Shown here: positions 22,944 through 33,889 of the stretch, piece by piece
Layout of the letters: each line of letters starts with the position of its first letter
Position numbering within the stretch: the first letter of the stretch is position 1
From: Octopus sinensis
Lineage: Eukaryota
Length of the DNA stretch: 36,438 nt
Reading direction: 5' to 3'
Assembly (NCBI RefSeq): GCF_006345805.1
Contig: NW_021824679.1
Span: forward strand, 1-36,438
Translations under genes and position numbers: made by a program
Notes under the pieces: model-generated
Seen by the model: only the letters and a program-made list of their open reading frames with translations
Databases searched by the model: none
What the model was told of the DNA's origin: nothing

Positions 22944-23665
22944 CATTAATATTTTGAGCACGACAGACATATTCAGAGGAAATATTGACACGACATCCCG
23001 ACCCACATCGAAAAGACAAGAGGCAAAATCGTGGTTTCAATTACTACTCTGGGTGGTGCACTGTGTTCTTCAGTAAAACACTTCATCTCACTTTGCAGTA
23101 CGATCACTTCTTCACCTGACGCGTGGAACACTTCGCACCTGTTCAGGCAATGTCGATGTGATGGAGGGCGAGATCTAAAATACAGCACAGGCTTGTGATC
23201 ACTACAAACAAATCGTTTGTGCAGTACGTTCGGCAAAAGCTGAACTCTCATACGCTGTCTTTGACGGAAGAGTGCTTCGTTATCTTTAATATTTTGATCA
23301 CTAGGGTTCAATTTACTGTAGTCTATTCTTAATTAGAGACATATATCGAGGAAATATTGACACGAAATTCCATCAAGCATCGAAAAAACAAGAGGCAAAC
23401 GGGATCACAGAAAACAGTTCGTCCAACAAGAAAAAACGACTGCCAAGTTATTACGAAAGTTACACAATCCTGACGAAACTACAATAAATCCTGGTTATAA
23501 AAAATGCACTAAGTAACCATCTACTTCTGACATAAAGTGTACGTAAGATAGAGTAATTAAATATCTTATAAATTATTTAGGTATTGTTTTGCTTACTGCA
23601 AATCCGTGTAGCACTCAAACCCGGATACAGTTACTATAGCGGCTATTTGTCACTTAATTTAAGGG
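22944..23665 (-). mobile_element. Unclassified interspersed repeat, copy 1, with internal partial duplication
   Basis: Reverse complement aligns with 26587-27260; 22944-23027 duplicates about 23288-23398. Confidence 0.75.
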
Positions 23666-23873
23666 AGTGCAAAACTCTCACCACTAGGCTACCCACACGA
23701 TATGCTCACACATACACACACATATACACACATACATATAATTCGTAGATGTAAACCGAATGTTCCAGGTATAGAATACACTTAGTAGAACTCAAGAGAT
23801 TTACACTTGAGCTGTTATAGAAGTAAACAGAGAAAACGGAAGTTAGACAGAACGTTATATAAAGTATATTAAA

Positions 23874-24428
23874 TACCACTCTATGTCACGCTGGTGAGAC
23901 CCATATTGGAGTATGGGATTCAAGCCTCTTCTCCTTATCTCCTCAAAGACATACAGCATCTCGAAAGAGTCCAGAAGCTGGCTACCCGCATGGTTCATGG
24001 TCTCAAAAATTTGTCCTACGAAGAAAGGCTGAGGACGCTCGACCTTTATTCTCTAGAAAAACGCCGCCGCCGTGGTGATCTCATTCTCGCCCACAACATC
24101 ATAAGCGGAAAGTGTAACCTCTCGAAAGAGCTGTTCTTCACTCCTGCTCCAGAGCGTCGGCTGCGGGGTCATTCCGAAAAGCTCTACCTGCGACGATTTC
24201 ATCTCAATCGAAGGAGAGGAGCTTTCTCTCCGTCCGGGTTGCGGATCCGTGGAACAAGCTGCCAGACGAGATGGTGAAGATGCCGACGACCGCTTTGTTC
24301 AAAGTCTCCCTTGACCTCAAGTGGCCTGGACTCTTTGCATGAACACCACCCTGTACTTAACTCCATGTCCCCCTACATGGCCTTGCTATTTGCTTTTGAG
24401 CCAAATTAACTAACTAACTAACTAACTA
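23874..24428 (+). mobile_element. 5'-truncated CR1-clade LINE 3' end with (AACT)n tail
   Basis: Same family as 18617-19210; a 2-bp ct insertion near 24225 shifts the frame; ends aaattaactaactaactaacta. Confidence 0.9.
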
Positions 24429-24615
24429 CATGAAACATGGACCACGGAGACCCCAGAAACAGCTGCTGGATTTGTAATACTGTTCCTCATCCCTATTAAA
24501 TCTCTATATCATCTCTATTCCGTATGCATATACACATTTCTTGTATTTCATATATTTAATATAATGTCTATATTCATCTACCTAACTTACTTTCACTACA
24601 TTTGTTTATATACAG

Positions 24616-24649
<34 letters not shown>

Positions 24650-24878
24650 CGACAGCTAGCAAGCCATGCTACTCCAGACTGATGATAAGCAGTGCCTGTG
24701 AAACTAGTCTCTCAATGGTGGCTTTGGTGGGTAGAGGTGCTTATCACCCCTTCGAAAACATAAGAACATAGGAAATGAGTCAAGTCTAACGGGAAACGGT
24801 CTTTCCTAGGACTAAATAGCAGTAGCATTCTTCCCTTTCATGGGACTGTCATATTAAGTTGACAACATACCATCAATT
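24650..24878 (+). mobile_element. Penelope-like fragment between two (TA)n tracts
   Basis: TA-flanked on both sides; hammerhead-like motif at 24676-24712; classification is inference. Confidence 0.5.
24676..24712 (+). ncRNA. Minimal type I hammerhead-like motif
   Basis: aga CTGATGA taa-gcag-tgc-ctgt GAAA ctag TC tct: core intact, palindromic stem III (actagt), 3-bp stem I, irregular stem II. Confidence 0.5.
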
Positions 24879-24879
24879 T

Positions 24880-24916
24880 ATATATATATATATATAAATA
24901 TCTATATCTATATCTA

Positions 24917-24974
<58 letters not shown>

Positions 24975-24994
24975 CTATCTATCTATCTATTATA

Positions 24995-25025
<31 letters not shown>

Positions 25026-25043
25026 TATATCTATCTATATAAT

Positions 25044-25088
<45 letters not shown>

Positions 25089-25119
25089 TATATATATCTA
25101 TATATAATTTATATTATAT

Positions 25120-25151
<32 letters not shown>

Positions 25152-25175
25152 TATATATATATAATATATATAATG
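24880..25175. repeat. (TA)n/(TCTA)n compound microsatellite
   Basis: Direct reading. Confidence 0.9.
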
Positions 25176-25461
25176 TACTGTTCGTGCTGGTAAGAGATAA
25201 TTGTTATTTATAGACACCAAACATGCTTCATGTGCTACTAATAAGTTCAATTTATAGATATATATGTGTGTGTGAGCGTGTGTGTGTGTGTGTAAAATAT
25301 AAATTAGAGATAAAACTACTATTATACAATTCAAACAGTGATAGACATAAACTAAAAGATAAATAACAAATAATATATATTTTTATAAAGCATATAACTT
25401 ATAACTTGATGTCAAAAAGTATAAAAATGAATGATCACTGTATAATATGATAAGTAAAAAA

Positions 25462-25561
25462 AACTACGTACGTTTCATGGCTACAATTAAATTCGAATTA
25501 CTATTAAGTTTAAATTCAATTGAAATACATTCGATTTAAAATTATAGACAATCTTCAGGTT
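25462..25561 (-). ncRNA. Type I hammerhead ribozyme candidate with extended stem II
   Basis: aac CTGAAGA t-tgtcta...tagcca-t GAAA cgtacg TA gtt: all core nucleotides present, 8-nt palindromic stem III (acgtacgt), 3-bp stem I. Confidence 0.6.
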
Positions 25562-25894
25562 AATGATAACAGTTAAATAAATAAGCAAATAGAGTTAAAC
25601 AATATTTATTTTAAAAAATAAATAAAATAATAATTTTTCTTACAGAAAAACCCATTAACTAAATGAGAATTTTTTTTTACTTATATTATATATATACTTT
25701 TTGAGATCTAGTTATAAGTTACATGTTTTATAAAAATATATATTAAATGTTATTTATCTTTTGGTTTATGTCTATCAATGTTTGAGTTGCATAATAGTGG
25801 TTTTATCTCTAATTTATATTTTATATATTTATACAGTGAAATTTGATTGAATACTAAATTGAATTTTTCCCTGTAAGTTTGGAATTATACTCCC

Positions 25895-25946
<52 letters not shown>

Positions 25947-25965
25947 TTATATAGATAGATAGATC

Positions 25966-26007
<42 letters not shown>

Positions 26008-26155
26008 TAGGATATAGGTAGATAGATAGATAGATAGATAGATTCTGATGAATATGATACTTCAGTTGGGGCACCAAAATTTAGTTCAGTATTATCCATG
26101 CAATTTCAAAGTAAGGTGATTAATATCAAATTATTTTGATTATGCATATATATAT

Positions 26156-26550
26156 GGCTGTGTGGTAAGTAGCTTGTTTACCAACCACATGGTTCCGGGT
26201 TCAGTCCCACTGCGTGGCACCTTGGGCAAGTGTCTTCTACTATAGCCTCGGGCCGACCAAAGCATTGTGAGTGGATTTGGTAGACGGAAACTGACAGAAG
26301 CCTGTCGTATATATATATATATATATGTATGCGTGTCTATGTTTGTGTGTCTGTGTTGGTCCCCCTAGCATTGCTTGACAGCCGATGCTGGTGTATTTAT
26401 GTCCCCGTTACTTAGCGGTTTTGGCAAAAGACCGATAGAATAAGTACTGGGCTTACAAAGATAGTCCCGGGGTCGAGTTGCTCGATTAAAGGCGGTGCTC
26501 CAGCATGGCCGCAGTCAAATGACTGAAACAAGTAAACGAGTAAAAGAGAG
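26156..26550 (+). mobile_element. SINE family A, slightly 5'-truncated
   Basis: Colinear with other copies; ends gtaaaagagag then TA. Confidence 0.92.
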
Positions 26551-26586
26551 TATATATATATAATTGTCTTTCTCCAGCATAATTAA

Positions 26587-27530
26587 CCCTTAAATTAAGT
26601 GACAAATAGCCGTTATTTGGATTTCGTGTGTAATTCCATTCGTGTTTTGTAATTGTATCCGGGTTTGAGTGTTACACGGATTTGCAAAAAGCCAAAAATA
26701 CATAAATAATTTATATGATATTTAATTACCCTATCTTATGTACAGTTTGTCATAAGTAGATGGTTACTTAGTGCATTTTATATAGCCAGGAATTATTGTA
26801 GTTTCGTCAGGAGTGTGTAACTTTCGTAATAACTTGGCAGACCTTTTTAATTGTTGGACGAACTGTTTTCTGTGATCCCGTTTGCCTCTTGTCTTTTCGA
26901 TGTTGGATGGGATGTCGTGTCAATACTTCCTCGGTACATGTCTCTAATTAAGAATAGACTACATTAAATTGAACCCTAGTGCTCAAAATATTAATGATAA
27001 CGATGCACACTCCCGTCAAAGACGGTGTATGATAGTTCAGCTTTTGCCGAACGAACTGCACAATCGATTTGTTTGTAGTGATCACATGTATGTGCCGTAT
27101 TTTAGATCTCCCACTCCATCAAATCGACATTGCATGAACAGAGGCACAGTGTGCCACGCGTCAGGTGAGGAAGTGATCGCACAGAGAAGTGGGATGAAGT
27201 GTTTTACTCAAGAACACAATGCACCACCTAGACAAGTAATTGAAACCACGATTTTGCAATCGTGAAACCAAACGAAAAAGATATCGCCGATAGTTTTTGT
27301 TGACGACGGCAGTAATTTTATTCAGCTAAATACACGTTATTGATTGGTTGAATTACCGAAATAAGCCTATTTTAACGTGAAATGACCTCGTAAATATAAG
27401 CTTTTCTCGAAAACGCTAAGAGTAAAAGATGTTTTATATGTCACATTCTACCAGTGTCCGAAGTTTGAAAGTGTTTAGTTACAAAAAATTACATTTTAAA
27501 TCTGTACGTCAGAAGGTAAAGATCCGTGTA
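26587..27530 (+). mobile_element. Unclassified repeat, copy 2, DNA-transposon-like
   Basis: Inverted homologue of 22944-23665 plus about 270 bp more; tacacggat (26673-26681) and atccgtgta (27522-27530) form a 9-bp inverted pair. Confidence 0.6.
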
Positions 27531-27833
27531 TTTTTTTGCCAGGTATAACATATAATAGTTTTTCAAATCTAAGATTTCCCCCACAATGTGTCCTTACATC
27601 TCTAAGGTTTTTGTATCTGGTTTGATGAAAACTTGAATTCTCGTCATGTAACTTTTTCATAATCCATTTTGCATTTTATGATTTGAACGTCAGGGATTCT
27701 GAATCTGAAAAATAAAGTAAATAACATAAATAAATGTATAAATAATGCAATTGACCAGCAGCACCAACTTTTCTGCTTCGTTCCTACTACGTTGTTCATT
27801 TGGACAAGTGTCTTCTAATATAAGCCCAGGCGA

Positions 27834-28230
27834 AGGTAGCGAAATGGCAGAATCATTAGAGCGCCGGGCAAAATACTGGCGACATGTCGTCCTTCTCCAA
27901 GTTCTGAGTTCAAATTCCGCCGAGGTCAACTGTGCCTTTTATCCTTTCGGGGTCAATAAATTAAGTATCAGTTGCTTAATTGGGTCGATCTAATCGACTA
28001 TCCCTCTCCCCCAAAATTTCGGGCCATTTGTCTAGAATAGAAAAGAATCATTAGCGCGCCGGGAAAAATACTAGCGACATGTCGTCCCTCTCAAAGTTCT
28101 GAGTTCAAATTCCGCCGAGGTCGACTTTGCCTTTTATTCTTTCGGGATCGATAAAATAAATACCAGTTGAACACTGGGATCAATGTAATTGACTTACCCC
28201 AACCCTTCGAAACTTCTTGCCAAATCTTGA
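27834..28230 (+). mobile_element. SINE family B dimer (195-bp period)
   Basis: agaatcattag at 27849 and 28044; each unit has gagttcaaattccgccgaggtc. Confidence 0.85.
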
Positions 28231-29280
28231 AATCAGTGTAATCCCAGGTGGACTGATGCTTTGCGAATGACTTCGTTTGACGGAAAGTGTGTGGAAGACA
28301 GCCGTATATGTGTGCGTGTGTGTGTGTGTATGTAGGTGTGTGTATATGTTTTTGTCTTTGTTACATGACAGCTTAAGAACCGGCGTTTGTTCGTTTACAT
28401 ACCCATAAATTAGTGTACTTGCAAGCATAAAAGATTGAGTATGGAGCACATTTAGAAATAAAGAAGAAAGATAAGTACTAACAACATTTTATGCAACTAA
28501 CTCATTCGAGGAGATGCCCCACCATGAAGAGATGCCCCAGCATGAATAAAACGAATAGAAATGAAAACATGACATTCCTAGAAGTACACTAATCAGTGTA
28601 ACTTCTTTCAGTAAATACCGCAACAAAAGATTTGCAAGAAGATTCTTTGCCGTTGCTTACTAATTGAGAGACAAAGCTTTCTTTTACACATATTATGTAT
28701 CTATAAACAGAGCAGATTGCTATATAAGTATATAAATTATAAGTAAGGTGAAGAGACGTACGTCGGCCTGCTGTCATTTCGTTGTTTCAGCGTGGAAAGT
28801 GTTTTAAGCATAAGGAACCCATAAAACTATAAAGACTTAGTTGAAAGGCCACGCTGTTTACACATTATTAAGACTGGTGGGGCATACCATGGCGGCTATG
28901 TAAGAGAAAGTGGTTTCTGGCCCATGTATATGTATGTATACATATGAACTGTCTCCACGTCAGTTTAGTGTATATGTACGGGCAAGTTGCGTGATGTCGT
29001 ATGTATATGTACACCACACATACACATATATAGAACTTGGTATATGAATACATATATGTCTATGTGTGTGCTCGATGTGAACGAATGTGTAGACAGGGAG
29101 GAGAGGGATGGGGCTGGAAAGGGAACAGAAAGAAAACATGGGGGGCTACACATATTTTCTTATTTTTATCTAATAATCTATTCCTTTTTTTCTTTTCCCA
29201 TCTTCCTTTCATTCTTGCACGCTTTCCGTTCATCACTAAATGCAAACACATATACAACTGTAAGTCACTGCGCGTGCGCA

Positions 29281-29282
29281 TG

Positions 29283-29357
<75 letters not shown>

Positions 29358-29358
29358 A

Positions 29359-29433
<75 letters not shown>

Positions 29434-29534
29434 ATATATATATATATAAGATAGATAGATAGAGAGAGAGAGAGATAGATAAATAGATAGATAGATAGAT
29501 AGATAGATACATACATAGATAGATAGATAGATAT

Positions 29535-29569
<35 letters not shown>

Positions 29570-29658
29570 CAAAGAAAGATGGATAAGGACAGAAAAAGGA
29601 AGAGTAAAAGAGAAGCCATGCGTAGTCGCAAAGAGGGCGCAACTCATACACATACGTG

Positions 29659-29698
<40 letters not shown>

Positions 29699-29740
29699 CA
29701 TATATATACATATATATATATATACATACAAATAGATATA
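29281..29740. repeat. (TCTA)n followed by (GATA)n, (CA)n and (TA)n tracts
   Basis: Direct reading. Confidence 0.9.
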
Positions 29741-29984
29741 CTGGGAGCACCTGAAGGGAAAGAAGTTCCTGAATGATGAAAGCTATACAGAGAGTGAGAA
29801 ACATGATGATATGCGGTAAGTTATAGGCAAAAGCTGTGTACAGGTTCGTGGGTTTTCCTACGTAGGTTATTGTGCGTAACTGTATATACCCTCGTCGCCT
29901 ACTCTCTATATAAGCTTAAATACATACACATATATATAAATATAAGTGTACGTGTAACTGTGTGTGTATGTGAGTGTAAACATA

Positions 29985-30061
29985 TCTCTCTCAGCTTGTC
30001 TTCTCTATCTGTCTATTTACAAACACGCACTCTTGCATATATACATACAGAGCATGCATAC

Positions 30062-30093
<32 letters not shown>

Positions 30094-30339
30094 ATAATAT
30101 ATATATATATATATACACATACATACATATGTCTGTATATGTGTGTGTAGGTAGTTAAATATATATATATATATATATATATTATTATATATATATATAT
30201 ATATATAATATATATATGTAACATAGTATGCATGTAGGCATGTGTGTGTATATATATATATATGTAAGTATGTATGTATGTATATATGCAAGAGTGCGTG
30301 TGTGTAAATAGATAGATGGAGGTGACATGCTGAGAGAGA
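29985..30339. repeat. Fold-back: 64-bp inverted arms around quasi-palindromic TA tracts
   Basis: 29985-30048 versus reverse complement of 30276-30339: 58/64 identical by manual count. Confidence 0.85.
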
Positions 30340-30451
30340 GAGAGGAGACAGAGAGGCGGGAGATGTGGTGACATATACATATACAGGGCGTTGACGTAAA
30401 CGTCTGGACAAGGGGAGTGATGACTGTACGAGGCATGGGTAATGAAATTGT

Positions 30452-30501
30452 AAGTTAATAGTGTCAAAGTTGACGGCTAGCAGATTCGAAAACTACTACT
30501 A

Positions 30502-30578
<77 letters not shown>

Positions 30579-30620
30579 GCTACCAATAATAATAATAATA
30601 ATAATAATAATAGTAGCAGC

Positions 30621-30668
<48 letters not shown>

Positions 30669-30748
30669 CGCAACAGTCAGTAACAGTCGTCCTGGAAGTT
30701 AATAGTGTCAAAGTTGACGGCTAGCAGATTCGAAAACTACTGCTGCTG

Positions 30749-30806
<58 letters not shown>

Positions 30807-30866
30807 TACTACTACTAATGATAATAATAATAATAGAAGTAGTAGTAGCAGTAGTAGTAGTAGTAA

Positions 30867-30914
<48 letters not shown>

Positions 30915-30991
30915 CAGCAGTAGTTTTCGAATCTGCTAGCCGTCAACTTTGACACTATTAACTTCCAGGACGACTGTTACTGACTGTTGCG

Positions 30992-31053
<62 letters not shown>

Positions 31054-31113
31054 TACTACTACTAATGATAATAATAATAATAGAAGTAGTAGTAGCAGTA
31101 GTAGTAGTAGTAA

Positions 31114-31152
<39 letters not shown>

Positions 31153-31190
31153 AAGTAGTCGCAACAGTCTCAGTAATAATCGTCCTGGAA
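30452..31190. repeat. Triplicated (CTA)n-(TAG)n spacer array with one inverted 70-bp junction
   Basis: 70-bp unit at 30667-30736 (+) and 30924-30993 (-); half units at 30452-30492 and 31158-31190. Confidence 0.9.
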
Positions 31191-31444
31191 TCATCTCTTA
31201 GACATACTAGGCTGGGGGTGAAGTGTCTTTGCATGTTATTTTTTTGTGTTGTGTGTGTTTTTTTATTTTGTTTTATGTGTATTCTTTATTGTTTTCTGTA
31301 TGTGTTTTTTTTTTCTTTCTCTTTCTGTTGTTCTTTTTAACGTTTTTCAATAAGTGCCCGATTCTACACTTCGGATGACAGTCCTAAAATTTATCATGAT
31401 CCTCTCTGGAAGGAGAAGTATCGAGTTAACTAAACCGTCAACAA

Positions 31445-31485
<41 letters not shown>

Positions 31486-31549
31486 TACTACTGCTGCTGC
31501 TGCTACCATCACCACCATCACTACTACTTCTACTACCAACACCACCACC

Positions 31550-31581
<32 letters not shown>

Positions 31582-31691
31582 AACTACTACTACTACTACC
31601 ACCTCCACCACCACCACCACTACTACTACTACTACTACCACCACCACCACCACCACCACCACCACCACCACCACTACTACTACTACTACTA

Positions 31692-31741
<50 letters not shown>

Positions 31742-31775
31742 GTGCTGCTGCTGCTACTACTGTTGCCGCTGCTGC
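31445..31775. repeat. (TAC)n/(CAC)n/(TGC)n trinucleotide tract
   Basis: Direct reading. Confidence 0.9.
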
Positions 31776-31793
31776 CTGCTACCCCGTAGGGAA

Positions 31794-32085
31794 GGCGACT
31801 CAAGGGTGAAATGTAAGGAAACAGAAAAGATTGGGAAATACCAGCGACTGCGGGATGAGATAGGAAAGTTATGGGACATGAGGAAAGAAATGATGATACC
31901 AGTGGTAATTGGAACATTAGGAGCAGTTTCCAAGAGCTTTGAAAAGCATATTCAGAATATTGGAACTGCTGTCAGGCTAGAGGTGATCCAGAAGACAGCA
32001 TTTTGGGGTCCAGCTCGCATTCTAAGGAGAATATTGTCTTTTGGTATCACAAGAGAAGACACTACTTGAAACCTTTGGTGATTTT
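31794..32085 (+). mobile_element. R4/Dong-type non-LTR retrotransposon 3' fragment (restriction-like endonuclease C-terminal half)
   Basis: GDSRVKCKETEKIGKYQRL..EI.KLW....MMIPVVIGTLGAV...IQKTAF.G.ARILRRIL resembles the KE.EK..KY..L and P.V.G.LG motifs of RLE domains. Confidence 0.75.
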
Positions 32086-32087
32086 TA

Positions 32088-32439
32088 TTGCTTTGGAAAC
32101 CAGGCAGAAATTGCTACAGCTTGGCTGGGATGTGTTACCCCACCCTCCATATTCACCAGATATTGCTCCTTCGGATTTCAACTTATTCAAGTCTCTGCAG
32201 AATAGGCTTAATGGCAAAAATTTCAATTCCTTGGATGACGTAAAATGATACGCTGATGAATTCTTTGCCATGAAACCACCTCAATTCTGGGAAGAGGGTA
32301 TTTTCAAGTTAAAGGAAAAATGGAGACGCATTGTGCAACAAAATGGTTCACATTTGGTTGATTAAAAATATAATGGCAAGTATTTATTGACCTTTTTCTT
32401 TCCTTTAAAAATCGACACGAACTTTCCGGACAACCAATA
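32088..32439 (+). mobile_element. Mariner (DD34D) transposon 3' end: transposase C-terminus plus right TIR
   Basis: TRQKLLQLGWDVLPHPPYSPDIAPSDF, in-frame stop at 32246-32248, then YADEFF...FWEEGIFKLKEKWRRIVQQNG..VD*; ends ...actttccggacaaccaata. Confidence 0.9.
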
Positions 32440-32556
32440 CATACACACACACACACATACACATATATATTATATATAAACCTCTTTGGAAAGGGATGCG
32501 TAGAATTCAATTAAATAATAAATAGTATATATATATAACAATATATATATATATAT

Positions 32557-32589
<33 letters not shown>

Positions 32590-32598
32590 ATATATATA

Positions 32599-32895
32599 GG
32601 TTAATCCAAACGGGAAAACAGAAAACAACAACACGTGGAACAATTACAGTATTATTATTATTAGGCGCTCAGGAAAATGGAAGAAGGAGGGTATGACGTT
32701 TCGAGCGGAGCTCTTCGTCGGAACATAAGAGAAAGAAAGAAAGATCCCGAGACGGGAGGACAGAGGAAAAAAAAATTGCAGGTCGTCTTCACGAGGTCAC
32801 ATACTGAAAAGACGGAAGTAGTAAAAAGGAGGAAAATGTTTTTTAAAACAGGAGAGCTGAATCAATGAGGGAATGGTAAAAAAAGTGTTGCGAGA
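32599..32895 (-). mobile_element. Penelope-like terminal fragment next to (TA)n
   Basis: Abuts a TA tract; contains gacgtttcgagcggagctcttcgtcgg (hammerhead-like in reverse). Confidence 0.55.
32691..32727 (-). ncRNA. Degenerate minimal hammerhead-like motif
   Basis: CCGACGA a gagc-tcc-gctc GAAA cg TC: U4 replaced by C, perfect stem II, palindromic acgt stem III, weak stem I. Confidence 0.45.
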
Positions 32896-32899
32896 TGAC

Positions 32900-33255
32900 G
32901 GTGTGTGTGTGTGAGTGTGCGTGTGTGTGTATGTGTGTGTATGGTGGACAATGGCTAGTAGCAAGCAGTAGTAGAATTAAAGGAGTGGTGTGGGGGTACC
33001 CTAGCAAGTCAGAAAGGCAGATCAGAAGCAGGGAGGTATGTGTGTGTGCGTGTGTATGTATGTGTGAGTGTGTGCGTGTGTGTATGTGTGTGTATGGAGG
33101 ACAATGGCTAGTAGCGGGCAGTAGTAGAATTAAAGGAGTGGTGTGGGGGTACCCTAGCAAGTCGGAAAGGCAGATCAGAAACAGGAGGTATGTGTGTGTG
33201 CGTTGTGTATGTATGTGTGAGTGTGTGCGTGTGCGTGTGTGTATGTGTGTGTGAG
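32900..33255. repeat. Tandem duplication, 153-bp period, about 2.3 units
   Basis: tatggtggacaatggctagtag at 32940 and tatggaggacaatggctagtag at 33093. Confidence 0.9.
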
Positions 33256-33889
33256 GCGTGATAAAAAAAACAAAATATGTATATGTTAGTGCGTGCGGGG
33301 CGGGAAAGGGTGGGGGCGTATGTAACGTGCCAGTTGTGTGTTGAGTAGTAGTGTGTGTATATGTCCAGCGTGCGTAGTTGTGTGTGTGGCAAGTAAATTT
33401 GAAGGTGTGTAAGTGTAATGTGTATATATATGCAAATGTGTGTGTGTGAGTGGGTGTGTGTATGTGTGTGCGTGTGTGTACAAAGGGGGGGGTTTAAGGG
33501 AAAGAACTGGCAGCGAAGGGGGGGAGGGAGGAGGGGAAGGTGGAAGAGTGGTCCGCGGCGACAGGCGTGGGAGAACCCAAAGACAACGCGCCGATATATT
33601 ATATATAATATATATATATATACATATGTGGGTACAGGATATCACCAACGGTGCAAATAACATGAAATACGTAAGCAAAGGACAGAAAAACGTGTGGAAT
33701 ACGTAAACAACGAGAAAAGAAATGGAAAACTGGACAAGTTATCATAGTAAAAAGCTCCTTCGTCAGTTGTCAGCTGTCTATCTACTCTTCATTTCGAAGA
33801 TTCAACGAGAATACGAGTCTTTAAAGACAGTTGCTCCCATAAATTCTAAACTAAAATTTAGGATTTACGGAGGGTGAAATTCAGGAAAG

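Noticed and set aside
22973-23311. ORF pair 22973..23311 and 26969..27265 with FVCSDH, reminiscent of THAP
   Set aside because: No upstream C-x2-4-C, Trp or AVP motif; the similarity simply reflects two copies of one repeat.
22944-27260. Treating the inverted pair as long TIRs of one 4.5-kb transposon
   Set aside because: The copies are visibly diverged, differ in internal structure and share no outer TSD; independent insertions are more likely.
28509-28548. Short direct duplications (18 bp here; also about 11650-11700 and 18125-18165)
   Set aside because: Ordinary slippage products with no further structure.
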